33,742 nucleotides of DNA from a virus (lineage: Duplodnaviria; Caudoviricetes), in IMG/VR virus record IMGVR_UViG_3300035210_000079, positions 1 to 33,742 of that record. One strand, written 5' to 3'. The position numbers and the translations under genes were made by a program. The notes beneath the pieces are model-generated. The model searched no databases and was not told the DNA's origin. It saw only the letters and a program-made list of their open reading frames with translations. Positions 9,691 to 18,166 of this stretch are shown here, in pieces. Each line of letters starts with the position of its first letter. Positions within the stretch are counted from its first letter, which is position 1.

Positions 9691-10449
9691 CTAGACTGAG
9701 GTGTAGGTAAGGTTCTGGGTTGCGTCGTTCTCGACGTGTTGCAGGTCGAAAACGTACTCGATCCCGGCCGCCAAGAGCGATCCGAGAGATTTCAGGCCGT
9801 CGATCCGGCCCATTTCTTTCTTCGTGACCGTGATCGATTCGGTCAACCCGTCGTTCGACAGGTCGCTCATAGCGGCCCGCAGCAGGTCAGCCAGGAGCGC
9901 CAGGCATTCCTGGGTAGCGTCGCCCTCGGTGCGCATCTGGGCGACCGCTTCCATCCGCCCCACCCACCGGTAGCTCAGGAAGCGGGCGCAGCGGGCGCCC
10001 GGATCCTCTTCGGCCGTGGTCAGGTAATGGACGACCCGGGGGAACCCGGCGCCCACGTCCCACGTGCGCGGGTCCGTCTGGAAGGACGTGATCTTCGATG
10101 CCGACCAGTTGTAGAACCCGCCGTTGCCCGCGTTGATCGCGGCCAGGCGTCGGTTGATCGAGTTGACGACCATTCCTTCGCGCGTGGCCAGGTACTGGAG
10201 CGTGCTGGAGGCGAGCCCGCCAACGTCCAGGGCGATGTCGCCGCCCGTCCAGTCGACAATCCCCTTGCGGGAGCGCGCCGGGGTGGTGACGACGATCCGG
10301 CCGTCGGCCCACTCCTTCACCTCTCCGACGAGGTCGGCTTCGAACGTGACGGGAAGCGGAGAGGATCCGAACCCCGAACCAAGGATGACAAGATCTGTCG
10401 ATGCGATCGGAGAGATCCGAGCCGACGACAACGAGGTGATGCTACCCAT
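9691..10449 (-). CDS. putative tail terminator with N-terminal IPT/TIG Ig-like domain
   Basis: N-terminus ITSLS...LVILGSGFG...VKEWADGRIVVTTP resembles IPT/TIG. The C-terminus (RLAAINAGNGGFY...LLADLLRAAMSD) and position match tail terminators. Confidence 0.55.
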   Translation of the reverse strand: MGSITSLSSARISPIASTDLVILGSGFGSSPLPVTFEADLVGEVKEWADGRIVVTTPARSRKGIVDWTGGDIALDVGGLASSTLQYLATREGMVVNSINRRLAAINAGNGGFYNWSASKITSFQTDPRTWDVGAGFPRVVHYLTTAEEDPGARCARFLSYRWVGRMEAVAQMRTEGDATQECLALLADLLRAAMSDLSNDGLTESITVTKKEMGRIDGLKSLGSLLAAGIEYVFDLQHVENDATQNLTYTSV

Positions 10450-11062
10450 CGAAACAACCTCCTGCGGCCATGGCGATGGCTGCGGACAAGAGCCCGGAGC
10501 GCTGCTGCCAAAGCGAATTGGCGCCCATGCGGGGCGGAATGATGACTTCTTTCTTCAGGACGAACAGAGCGACCAGCCCGTGGGTCAAATCTGACTTCCT
10601 GGTCTTCACCAGCGGTTTGGCGAAAAACACGGGCCCACGCTTGAACGAGATGAAGCCACCGCGCTCGATCGCCTCGGTGGGCTTGATGCGGGCTTCACCG
10701 GATGGCGTCTGGTTGGCCTCGGTAGGGATCCACAGCCATTTGGCGTTCTTGGGGCGGATCGTCGCGCCGTATTCCTGGACCCACGCGTAGGAATGCTCGG
10801 CGCCGTCCGGAGCGTCGCCAGCTGGGCCCATGATCCAGGCGGTCGACATGATGCTGTCGCCAGACTCCTCGACGGCGTACATCCAACCTTGTGCCAGGTT
10901 GCCGGTACGACGGCGCACGCCCATGTCGCCACGGCGCCCAGACAGGTTCTGCTCTTCGTGCAAGATCGTAAAGTCGTGGGTCCAATCGCGCATGATGCCA
11001 ACGACTTCGGCCCTGAACTTCTCGGGATTCGGAGCGCCAGATTGCGTCCAACTCCACGGCAT
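10442..11062 (-). CDS. neck / tail completion protein (HK97 gp10 / Mu gpG-like)
   Basis: Likely start MPWSW at ATG 11062. Motifs RRTGNLA, YAWVQEYGATIRPKNAKWLWIP and LFVLKKEVIIPPR. Confidence 0.75.
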   Translation of the reverse strand: MPWSWTQSGAPNPEKFRAEVVGIMRDWTHDFTILHEEQNLSGRRGDMGVRRRTGNLAQGWMYAVEESGDSIMSTAWIMGPAGDAPDGAEHSYAWVQEYGATIRPKNAKWLWIPTEANQTPSGEARIKPTEAIERGGFISFKRGPVFFAKPLVKTRKSDLTHGLVALFVLKKEVIIPPRMGANSLWQQRSGLLSAAIAMAAGGCFDG

Positions 11063-11064
11063 GG

Positions 11065-11892
11065 TCAGTGCCGGACGTGGTGGAGCGTAAAGGGCACGAT
11101 TCGCGAAACGACCTCGGCCAGTAGCTTGTACTCGCCGGTGTAGACCGTCGTTCCTGCGCCAGAAACAGACGAGTTGCGCCCCAGCGTCTTCGACGAAACC
11201 CGCTCGTACTCGTAGGAGATCTGCATCAATGCGGCCGTCTCGAGGTTCGGGAGGTCGTTGCAGACGCTTTCCTTGGCCACTTCGCCCAACAGGATCGAAT
11301 TGCCTGCGCCGAGCGTGACGAGATCGCCGGGATAGAAGCACCCGAAGTCGGGGCGGAACGTGACCAGCTTGCCGATCGGATCCCACGCGTCGAGCTTGAA
11401 GACGCGCAGGTCGTCTTGCTTGTAGGATGCTGGCGTGATGGTCCCGACGCTGCTCACGACATTGTAGACGGTCTTTTCCGTTTCGTAGGCGCGCCCACCC
11501 GTGTAGGTGATCTCGAACGGGTGGGACGGCTGCGGGTAGAAGCCAGGCCAGGACGCGGCGAGGATCAGGCACGCGCCATCCCCACCGATGACAAAATCTG
11601 TACCTGGGTTCAGAAAGGAAGAAGACGACCCTTGCATTCCGAGGGGATCGTACCGCAACGCTTCGACCGTTCGGATCGTTGGGTTGTCGACGTAGATCTC
11701 CGTGCTGTTGGGGGCCGTCTGGAATCGCTCCGTGTAGGTGGCGATGCCGAGTTGGGCGTTGCACCTCTCACCAATCGCGTGCGACACGCCCGCAACAATT
11801 CGGGCAAGCGTCCGAAGGGCGCCATCGCTGGCGTCCGCAGGAAACCCGATTTGATCGCGTGCGCGTTGCAGCGTGGTGAGAAGGAGCGCCAC
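11065..11892 (-). CDS. head-tail connector (gp6-like adaptor)
   Basis: LTTLQRARDQIG start, ITYTGG, PNLETAALMQISYEYER; lies just after the capsid genes. Confidence 0.75.
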   Translation of the reverse strand: MALLLTTLQRARDQIGFPADASDGALRTLARIVAGVSHAIGERCNAQLGIATYTERFQTAPNSTEIYVDNPTIRTVEALRYDPLGMQGSSSSFLNPGTDFVIGGDGACLILAASWPGFYPQPSHPFEITYTGGRAYETEKTVYNVVSSVGTITPASYKQDDLRVFKLDAWDPIGKLVTFRPDFGCFYPGDLVTLGAGNSILLGEVAKESVCNDLPNLETAALMQISYEYERVSSKTLGRNSSVSGAGTTVYTGEYKLLAEVVSRIVPFTLHHVRH

Positions 11893-11895
11893 GAC

Positions 11896-12342
11896 TTAGT
11901 CGCCCAGCGCGATGAAGTGGGTTCCGTTCACCCGGCCGTTGGCGGGCTGCTGGCGCTGCTGGAACGGCGTGTAGGTGCCAGCCACGGTCACGGTGGTTCC
12001 GGAGGTGATGACCACCAACCGGACCCACTGGCGCAGCTTGGAGCGCCCGATCGAAATCGGGAACACGCCGGCCACGGTCAACGCGGGGCTGGTGGTTCCC
12101 GGTACGTCGGCATAGGTTCCAGGAGCTCCCGAGCCGTTGTCGGGCGCGTCCTGCAACTTGAACGTGACGTTGCCAGAAGCAATCGATCCGATGACACCTT
12201 CGAATCCAGCTTCGTTTCCGATGTCGCCGGCGCGCAGGTTGATGTTGCCACCGTTGACGGTCGAAGCCGTCGCGATGGTCTGAGGGGCGATGGCGACCTG
12301 CGGGGCAACGGCCACCGCGTAGTTCTGAAGATTGATCGACAT
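11896..12342 (-). CDS. capsid decoration/cement-like protein
   Basis: 148-aa beta-rich protein (VTFKLQDAPDNG...YADV...RQWVRLVV) immediately after the major capsid gene. Confidence 0.55.
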   Translation of the reverse strand: MSINLQNYAVAVAPQVAIAPQTIATASTVNGGNINLRAGDIGNEAGFEGVIGSIASGNVTFKLQDAPDNGSGAPGTYADVPGTTSPALTVAGVFPISIGRSKLRQWVRLVVITSGTTVTVAGTYTPFQQRQQPANGRVNGTHFIALGD

Positions 12343-12364
12343 TTTCTGTCCTTTGCTTCAAAGT

Positions 12365-12401
12365 GAAGAGAGAAAGGAAGGGCGGCGGGCGCCGCCTTCC
12401 T
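12365..12401 (-). terminator. intrinsic terminator-like hairpin after the major capsid gene
   Basis: Minus strand GGAAGGCGGC-GCCC-GCCGCCCTTCC followed by TTTCTCTCTTC. Confidence 0.6.
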
Positions 12402-12408
12402 GGAAGGA

Positions 12409-13755
12409 TTATTCGCCGGCGACCTTGGTGGCCAAGCAGTCGGGCACGACCACCAGCTCCTTGGGCTGGCGGATGATCGAGTCGAACTCGACGTCGCCCT
12501 TGATCCAGACGATATTGTCGGTGAAGGCCGACACGCCGCCGACGGTGGCCACGTCGGACATGGTGATCTTGATGCCGCCGAAGGTGTACACCCACAGGTT
12601 GTCCCACTGGCCGAAGATCAGGTCGCGGCAAGTGCCCGCGGCCGAAGATCCGATCGCGGCCGCGTTGGCCTGGATCTGGGTCAAGCGGTACCAGTCGTAT
12701 CCGACCAGCTCGCGCAGGTTCTTGTCGGACAGGAGAGACTGCGCCGGGTTGAAGCTGAACAGGGGCGTTCCACCGGGCTGTCCCGAGTAGTTCGCCACGC
12801 GCTCGCGCTTCATGTTCGCGATGACCTTCGGGTGCGTGATGAAGGACGAGCCTTCGACGCGACCGTCGTTCGACGCGAGGACGTCTTCCAGCGTCGCCAG
12901 GTCGGTGTAGCTGAAGCGCTTGCCCGACGCGCCGATGACGCCGTCGACGCCGCCCATGTAATACTTGGCGACCTGGGGATCGTTCACGATGCCGCAGGAC
13001 TCGCCTTCCGAGCCCTTGCCGTAGATCGCCTGCCGCTGCATTTCCAAGGCGACGGTCTTCAGGATGTCCTGCTGGAAAATGCCCACGTAGGCGGGGGCCG
13101 AGAAGGTCAGACGCTTGGACACCGGGCCGTAGCCGGTGGCGCGACGCACCTTCAGGGTGATCATTTCCCAAGTGAGCTCGGTCGCGGCGCCGCTGCCGTT
13201 TTCCGACGCGGTCACGACGGACGAGTTCGTCTTCTTGCGGGGGAGCATGATGCCGCCCGCGCCCGAAGGGAGTTCGAACATCTTGGCGCCGGCGTTGAAG
13301 ATCGTGCGCTCGTTGGGACGAAGCGTGTCGACCCACTGCTCGGACATCAGCTGGGTGGGGATGAACAGGCCGCCCGAGGTGTCGGACGACGCCTGCATGG
13401 TCTTGACCATGAGCTCGTCGCCGATGGCGCGTTCCTCGCCGAAGTAGCCGAAGCCCTTCAGCGTGGATTCGCTGGCCTTGGACAGGTCCATGGGAGAGAC
13501 GCCAGCCAGGCGGGCGGCGTGCATGGCCTTCAGCGAGCAGCCGAGGGCGTGCTTGCGGTCTTCGATCGAGCTCGAGACGATATTGAAGGTCGCGTTCTTC
13601 TGGGCTTGCGCCTTGACGTCCGCCTTCAACGTGTTGAACTCGGCCTGTAGCGCCTTGATCTCGGTTTCGGTCGCGCCGGCCTCGTTGGCCTTGGTGGTGA
13701 GGATGTCGAGCGACTTGGTGATCAAGTCGAGCGTCTGCTTGGTTTCGGGATCCAT
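12409..13755 (-). CDS. major capsid protein, HK97 fold
   Basis: Start MDPETKQ with AAGGAAG RBS. N-terminal coiled-coil delta domain, SGGLFIP, IYGKG...GIVN, IFGQW and a C-terminal DSIIRQPKELV motif. Confidence 0.95.
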   Translation of the reverse strand: MDPETKQTLDLITKSLDILTTKANEAGATETEIKALQAEFNTLKADVKAQAQKNATFNIVSSSIEDRKHALGCSLKAMHAARLAGVSPMDLSKASESTLKGFGYFGEERAIGDELMVKTMQASSDTSGGLFIPTQLMSEQWVDTLRPNERTIFNAGAKMFELPSGAGGIMLPRKKTNSSVVTASENGSGAATELTWEMITLKVRRATGYGPVSKRLTFSAPAYVGIFQQDILKTVALEMQRQAIYGKGSEGESCGIVNDPQVAKYYMGGVDGVIGASGKRFSYTDLATLEDVLASNDGRVEGSSFITHPKVIANMKRERVANYSGQPGGTPLFSFNPAQSLLSDKNLRELVGYDWYRLTQIQANAAAIGSSAAGTCRDLIFGQWDNLWVYTFGGIKITMSDVATVGGVSAFTDNIVWIKGDVEFDSIIRQPKELVVVPDCLATKVAGE

Positions 13756-13759
13756 GGAA

Positions 13760-14881
13760 TCACTTCCTTTCGGAGGTTTGGTTGACGAGTTGTTCGAGCT
13801 TGCCCGCCACGCTTTTGATTTCCGTGGACAGCGATTTTCCATCGTCCGTGTCGGCAACCGACAGAGGGACGCCACCAGCTGGTTCGCCGTGGTCCGATGC
13901 CGAATCCCCGCCGTCCGAGCTGCTGTCGTCCGGAATATAGGTTCGGAGCAGTTGCGCCGCCGCTTCGATTTCGTCGGAGCTCTTGAGCATGTGGGCCAGG
14001 AGCGCCTGGGCGTCCTGCACGGTGAGCGGAAGGACCAGCCCGTTTTCGGCGGCCGCCTTCACCCGCACCGCCTCGCGGTTCTGGATCGACAAAGCCTGGA
14101 CCGCGGCTTCGCTGCGGATGGTGAGGCCTTCCATTTGCTTCATGATCGCGCCGAAGTCCGGAGCCGGGGGCGGCGCTGGGGGATCCACCGGCTCGAACTT
14201 CTTCACCTGCACCGACACCGGCTCGCGCAGCCGGAACACGCTTCGCTCGACGAGCCCGATCAACTCTTCGCTGTCGGAGTCGAGCAACGCCTTCTCGTCG
14301 TCGGCATTCAGGATTTTGTCCTTGAACGCCTTCGCCACGGCTTCGACCTTGGCGCGGGCGTTCATACCGATGCCGACACAAGAGAGTTCCTTCAGGTTGG
14401 AGGTTTCCCAAACGCGCCAGCAGCTGCGGCCGAAGGTCGCCTTGTCGTTCTCACTGGCGTAGCGGGTGGACTCCGGGACGGCGCCCACGCTGCAATCGGT
14501 CAGGAGCCCGTTGGTGTAGAGCTTGAAGCACGACTCGGACAGCTGGTTGGGCGCCAGGTCGGGGGGGATGAAGAAGCAATCCACGAACAGGCCGTCACCC
14601 TGGACAAAAGCTGTCAGGCCGCGGGCGATGGTGCATTCGATCGTGTGCTTGTGGTCGGCGAACATGGCGGGATTGCCCAGCCACTCATCGAGCATCCACC
14701 CGGATTGGATGATCACGTCGCCACCCGTGTCCAGCTGCCCGTCGGAAGCCTTGAAGCGCATGAACCGTGCGCAGGCCACATCGACGGGGACGCCGGTGAT
14801 CCCCCGCGCTGCCATGAGCTGTTCGACGATGGCGGGGTCCGCCTTCACCGAGAGCGCCTTCTTGCCGATCTTGTAGATCAT
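13760..14881 (-). CDS. HK97-family prohead maturation protease with C-terminal extension
   Basis: ATG overlaps the portal stop (ATGA). Motifs ASDGQLDTGGDVI, NPAMFADH, CSVG and LKELSCVGIGMNARA. Confidence 0.9.
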   Translation of the reverse strand: MIYKIGKKALSVKADPAIVEQLMAARGITGVPVDVACARFMRFKASDGQLDTGGDVIIQSGWMLDEWLGNPAMFADHKHTIECTIARGLTAFVQGDGLFVDCFFIPPDLAPNQLSESCFKLYTNGLLTDCSVGAVPESTRYASENDKATFGRSCWRVWETSNLKELSCVGIGMNARAKVEAVAKAFKDKILNADDEKALLDSDSEELIGLVERSVFRLREPVSVQVKKFEPVDPPAPPPAPDFGAIMKQMEGLTIRSEAAVQALSIQNREAVRVKAAAENGLVLPLTVQDAQALLAHMLKSSDEIEAAAQLLRTYIPDDSSSDGGDSASDHGEPAGGVPLSVADTDDGKSLSTEIKSVAGKLEQLVNQTSERK

Positions 14882-17169
14882 GTGGGCTTGACCTTTCCGC
14901 GCCGATACATCGCGACGCAACGACAGTTGCAAACTTCCTTGGCCGAGCCCTCGGGGGCATGCGGTCGGTCCATCAAGTTGGATTTGAATTTCTGGCCCAC
15001 CGGGATGAACCCTTCGGCTTCGGCGTCGCGGTGGGTTTCCCGGACGCATCCATCCTTCGCTGTGCTCCAACCCTTTTCGTCGCAGCCTTCGGCCTTGGCC
15101 ACAGCTGCGCGCGTGTCGGACATGACCGACGAAACTTCGGTGCGGGCGATCGTGGCCGCGCGGGCGAATGCGTCCTTGAAGGTCGCGGCCGACTCCATGC
15201 GCAGCGCCTGGGCAATCTGCGACGGCTTCGGCATGGGCTTGCGATCCATCTCGCGCCGAAGAACGGTCTTCAGCTGGGAGCGGATCGTCTCGTCGACCTT
15301 GATCGCATCGCCGAGGCGGGACAGCGCAACGGATCGGTGCTGCTCAGGCGGAAGGCTCGTCCAGGAAGAGACCGAACCGATCTCCTTCTCCATCTGGGCT
15401 TGGCTCGCCTGCATGACATCGCCGAACACAGCGCGCCACTTCATGCCGAGATCATGGACGACGACGCCGTGGTCTGGCATCATGCGGTCAAGATCTGTCG
15501 TGTCGGGGAGGTGCGGGTCGTCGGACTCCTTCCACTCGATGACGATGGACAGATCCTTCGCCTCGCGGCTGTTCTCGTCCAGGTGGCGCCCGGTCTTCAG
15601 GAAGTAGTTCAGGCGCTTGAGGAAGTGCCCCTTCCAGCGCTTGGCCCACTTCGTCGTTCCGTCGGTGATCGTTCCTTCGAACGGCACCACGCACGATTCC
15701 CACGCCTCAGACGCGATCTTCTTGTAAGCCTTGATCTCGAACTCGACCAATGCCATCATGGCGCCCTTGGTGGCCTTGATCCCGTTGCCCGGCTTGGACT
15801 TGGGCGGCTTGGGCCCTTCGTCGTCTTCGCCCTTGGGAGGCTTGGCCGCGGGCTCTTCGTTCTTCGGTGGCTTCTCGCCCGGCCCGAGGTTGTTGTGGAC
15901 GTTCAAGGACGTGGGGGTCGGCCGCTCCTTCTCCCGCTGGGCAGGATCGGCCGGCTGGAGGTTGTTGGGCAGGTAGGCCTGCTCGCCCCACGGCTCAGGC
16001 TTCACGCGGAGGCCGCACATCTGGAATGCCTCGTTGCGGGGCACCGCGTTGGCGATGAGTTTGCCCACCGTCTCGGCGCGCGTGTCCATCAGGTCGACGA
16101 ACGCCGGAAGGGAGTATTCGGAGAACCGCAAGAAGTAGGTGAGCCGGAAGCGCTTGAAGAACTGGCGGCGCCAGGTTCGTTCCTCGGATCGGAACGCGGG
16201 GAACACCGTGTCGGTGAGGAACTTCGCCCGGATCACGCCAGCCGATGCCCGGTTCACGTTCTCGACGATGCCGAGTTCGAGTTCGGGAACGCCGAACGTC
16301 ATCGACGTCTTTCGAACCGACTCCTGGAAGAACGTCGGCGACGCGATGTCGGAAATTGACATGGGCGTGATTGGGTGGAGTTCCCACTTCGCGCCCTCGA
16401 GCAAGGTCGTCTTGCCCGCGTTGTAGGTCCCGGCGAACATCGCGTTCCAGGAGTTCAGGAAGCGCGACCGGTCGTCCTTGTTGACGTTGCCCTCGGTGGT
16501 GATGACCATGCCGGGGCGGCCGCTGTTCTGCAAAAGCGATTGGGTGAAGTTGTCCAGGAGCGATTGCGTCATCGCCGCGTCGTGGACCACTTCGGCGGGA
16601 GCGATCAGGGCGAATTTGCCCGACGGGTCCGGCCCCTGCTTGACGATGCATTGGTCGTTCTCGAGCTTGAGCCCCATCGACCGGTGTTCCCAGCCCATCG
16701 TCTGGTAGGCGTTCGGCCTGGATTGGTCGGGGACGATGCGCGTCCAGCCGCCCAGCGGGAAGGGGATCAGGGTGTCGGGGACTTCGCTGCCCGTGATCAG
16801 GGAGCCGTTGCGGAACATCGCGACGATGTACCCGCCGTGGCAGATCCCGAACAACGCCAGCAACTCCCAGAACTCGGAACCGTCGTGGATCGAGTTGGGC
16901 TGTTCGAAGAGCATCGCCACGTCGTCGGACTCGCGCACGACGACAGGCGTTTTTTTGTCGGCCAGCGAGACGAATTCCGTCTCCGCTGAGACGAATTGCC
17001 GGGAAATCGCACGGGCAGCCGCGAAAATGAGATACGAAACCGTGTAGATGCTTCGGTTGATGCCCTGGAGCCGAGGCGGAAGCATGAAGCCCGGATCGAG
17101 GTTCGGGATTCCGTTTGCCGCGGCCCCCTTCGTCTCCATCTGGAATTTCTTGTTCTTGCCTCGGCTCAT
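14878..17169 (-). CDS. portal protein fused to a Mu gpF-like head morphogenesis domain
   Basis: Portal motifs (LFEQPNS, NSGRPGMVI, NAGKTTLLEG, FGVP), then a Pro/Lys linker, then MuF motifs (RAATIARTE, KGWSTAKDGCVRETH, EVCNCRC). Confidence 0.9.
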   Translation of the reverse strand: MSRGKNKKFQMETKGAAANGIPNLDPGFMLPPRLQGINRSIYTVSYLIFAAARAISRQFVSAETEFVSLADKKTPVVVRESDDVAMLFEQPNSIHDGSEFWELLALFGICHGGYIVAMFRNGSLITGSEVPDTLIPFPLGGWTRIVPDQSRPNAYQTMGWEHRSMGLKLENDQCIVKQGPDPSGKFALIAPAEVVHDAAMTQSLLDNFTQSLLQNSGRPGMVITTEGNVNKDDRSRFLNSWNAMFAGTYNAGKTTLLEGAKWELHPITPMSISDIASPTFFQESVRKTSMTFGVPELELGIVENVNRASAGVIRAKFLTDTVFPAFRSEERTWRRQFFKRFRLTYFLRFSEYSLPAFVDLMDTRAETVGKLIANAVPRNEAFQMCGLRVKPEPWGEQAYLPNNLQPADPAQREKERPTPTSLNVHNNLGPGEKPPKNEEPAAKPPKGEDDEGPKPPKSKPGNGIKATKGAMMALVEFEIKAYKKIASEAWESCVVPFEGTITDGTTKWAKRWKGHFLKRLNYFLKTGRHLDENSREAKDLSIVIEWKESDDPHLPDTTDLDRMMPDHGVVVHDLGMKWRAVFGDVMQASQAQMEKEIGSVSSWTSLPPEQHRSVALSRLGDAIKVDETIRSQLKTVLRREMDRKPMPKPSQIAQALRMESAATFKDAFARAATIARTEVSSVMSDTRAAVAKAEGCDEKGWSTAKDGCVRETHRDAEAEGFIPVGQKFKSNLMDRPHAPEGSAKEVCNCRCVAMYRRGKVKPT

Positions 17170-17172
17170 GAG

Positions 17173-17457
17173 TTACCCGACCTTGAGTTGTGCTTCGGCG
17201 CCAACGCGAACAGTCGCGCAGGCGGAAGCGATGACTTCGGACAGGGTCAGATCCCGGCCGGTGTTGATCTTGAACAACGCTTGCAGCTTCTCCGCTTCCT
17301 GGATCGCGACGCGTTCGATCTTGATCGTCGGCGCCTCGGCAGGGACAGCGGGGAGCGGTGTTGCCTCGGGAGCCTTGGGAGCTTCAGGAGGAGCGACCGG
17401 CGCGGCGTTGGCCTCGGGAGCCTTGGGGGCCGTCTGGGGCGCGTCCTTGGCGGCCAT
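17173..17457 (-). CDS. small protein with Pro/Ala-rich N-terminus and possible ribbon-helix-helix C-terminus
   Basis: TGATG coupling to the upstream gene; TIKIERVAIQEAEKLQ...LTLSEVIASA pattern. Confidence 0.55.
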   Translation of the reverse strand: MAAKDAPQTAPKAPEANAAPVAPPEAPKAPEATPLPAVPAEAPTIKIERVAIQEAEKLQALFKINTGRDLTLSEVIASACATVRVGAEAQLKVG

Positions 17458-17663
17458 CAGGCATCACCCTTCGTCTCGATCGGAACCTCGCGGATCTTCA
17501 GCCAGTTGGAGTCGTGGACGTGAAACGTCGCGAGGTCGGCCGGGTTGGTCAGAACCTGTTCTGAGATCTTGCGATCACCGTCGGGCCCGGTCTGGAATTG
17601 CTCGATCACGACCTTCTTGGACGTGCCCGAGTCGGCGTTTTCGATGCGGACAGTTTTTGTCAC
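17457..17663 (-). CDS. hypothetical protein (68 aa)
   Basis: GTG start overlaps the upstream stop (GTGA) with GGAAGG upstream; MTKTVRIENADSG... Confidence 0.65.
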   Translation of the reverse strand: MTKTVRIENADSGTSKKVVIEQFQTGPDGDRKISEQVLTNPADLATFHVHDSNWLKIREVPIETKGDA

Positions 17664-18106
17664 TGGGCGCCACCTTCCTGGGCGGGGTCTTCGTTGGAGC
17701 CTTCGACCACCGGGTCGAGGATCACAGGGGCGTCGGGGGCGGGGGGGGGCGCGGGGGTGAACGGGTCGGCCACAGCCGTTCCCGTGACGAACTCCGCAGC
17801 GATTCCGCCCGGCTGCTGGGTGGCGAGAAGCGCGTGGTGGTCCTCTTCGGACAGGACCGGGGGCATCCGCTTCTTCGAGAGCTCGGGAGCCGCCTTGGCT
17901 GCCTTCAGCTCGGGAGCTTCTTCGACCGGGTGCAGGCCGAAGATCTTCCCGACTTCGTCCTTGAACGCCTCGGCGTCCAGGGCGTCGAAGCGGTCCTTCA
18001 GGACAGCCGCGGCCGGAATAGTGGTGCCGCAGGAGTCCACGACGAGCGCGATCTTGAAGTCGGTGGCGCAGCCGGGACATTGGTTATGCAGGAACGATTT
18101 GAGCAT
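17660..18106 (-). CDS. hypothetical protein with CPGC motif
   Basis: ATG 18106 preceded by a strong AAGGAGG; 148 aa. Confidence 0.7.
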   Translation of the reverse strand: MLKSFLHNQCPGCATDFKIALVVDSCGTTIPAAAVLKDRFDALDAEAFKDEVGKIFGLHPVEEAPELKAAKAAPELSKKRMPPVLSEEDHHALLATQQPGGIAAEFVTGTAVADPFTPAPPPAPDAPVILDPVVEGSNEDPAQEGGAQ

Positions 18107-18166
18107 GGTAGGTGCCCTCCTTGCCTGGGAATGTACGTCCGGCGACGCCATCCCGTCAGGGAATGA

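Noticed and set aside
11768-13336. 522-aa alternative-frame ORF over the capsid gene
   Set aside because: Arg-rich off-frame shadow produced by GC3 bias. Unlike the nested HNH it has no domain signature.
13463-15607. 714-aa plus-strand ORF
   Set aside because: Antisense to capsid, protease and portal genes; no motifs. Long shadow ORFs are expected in high-GC coding DNA.
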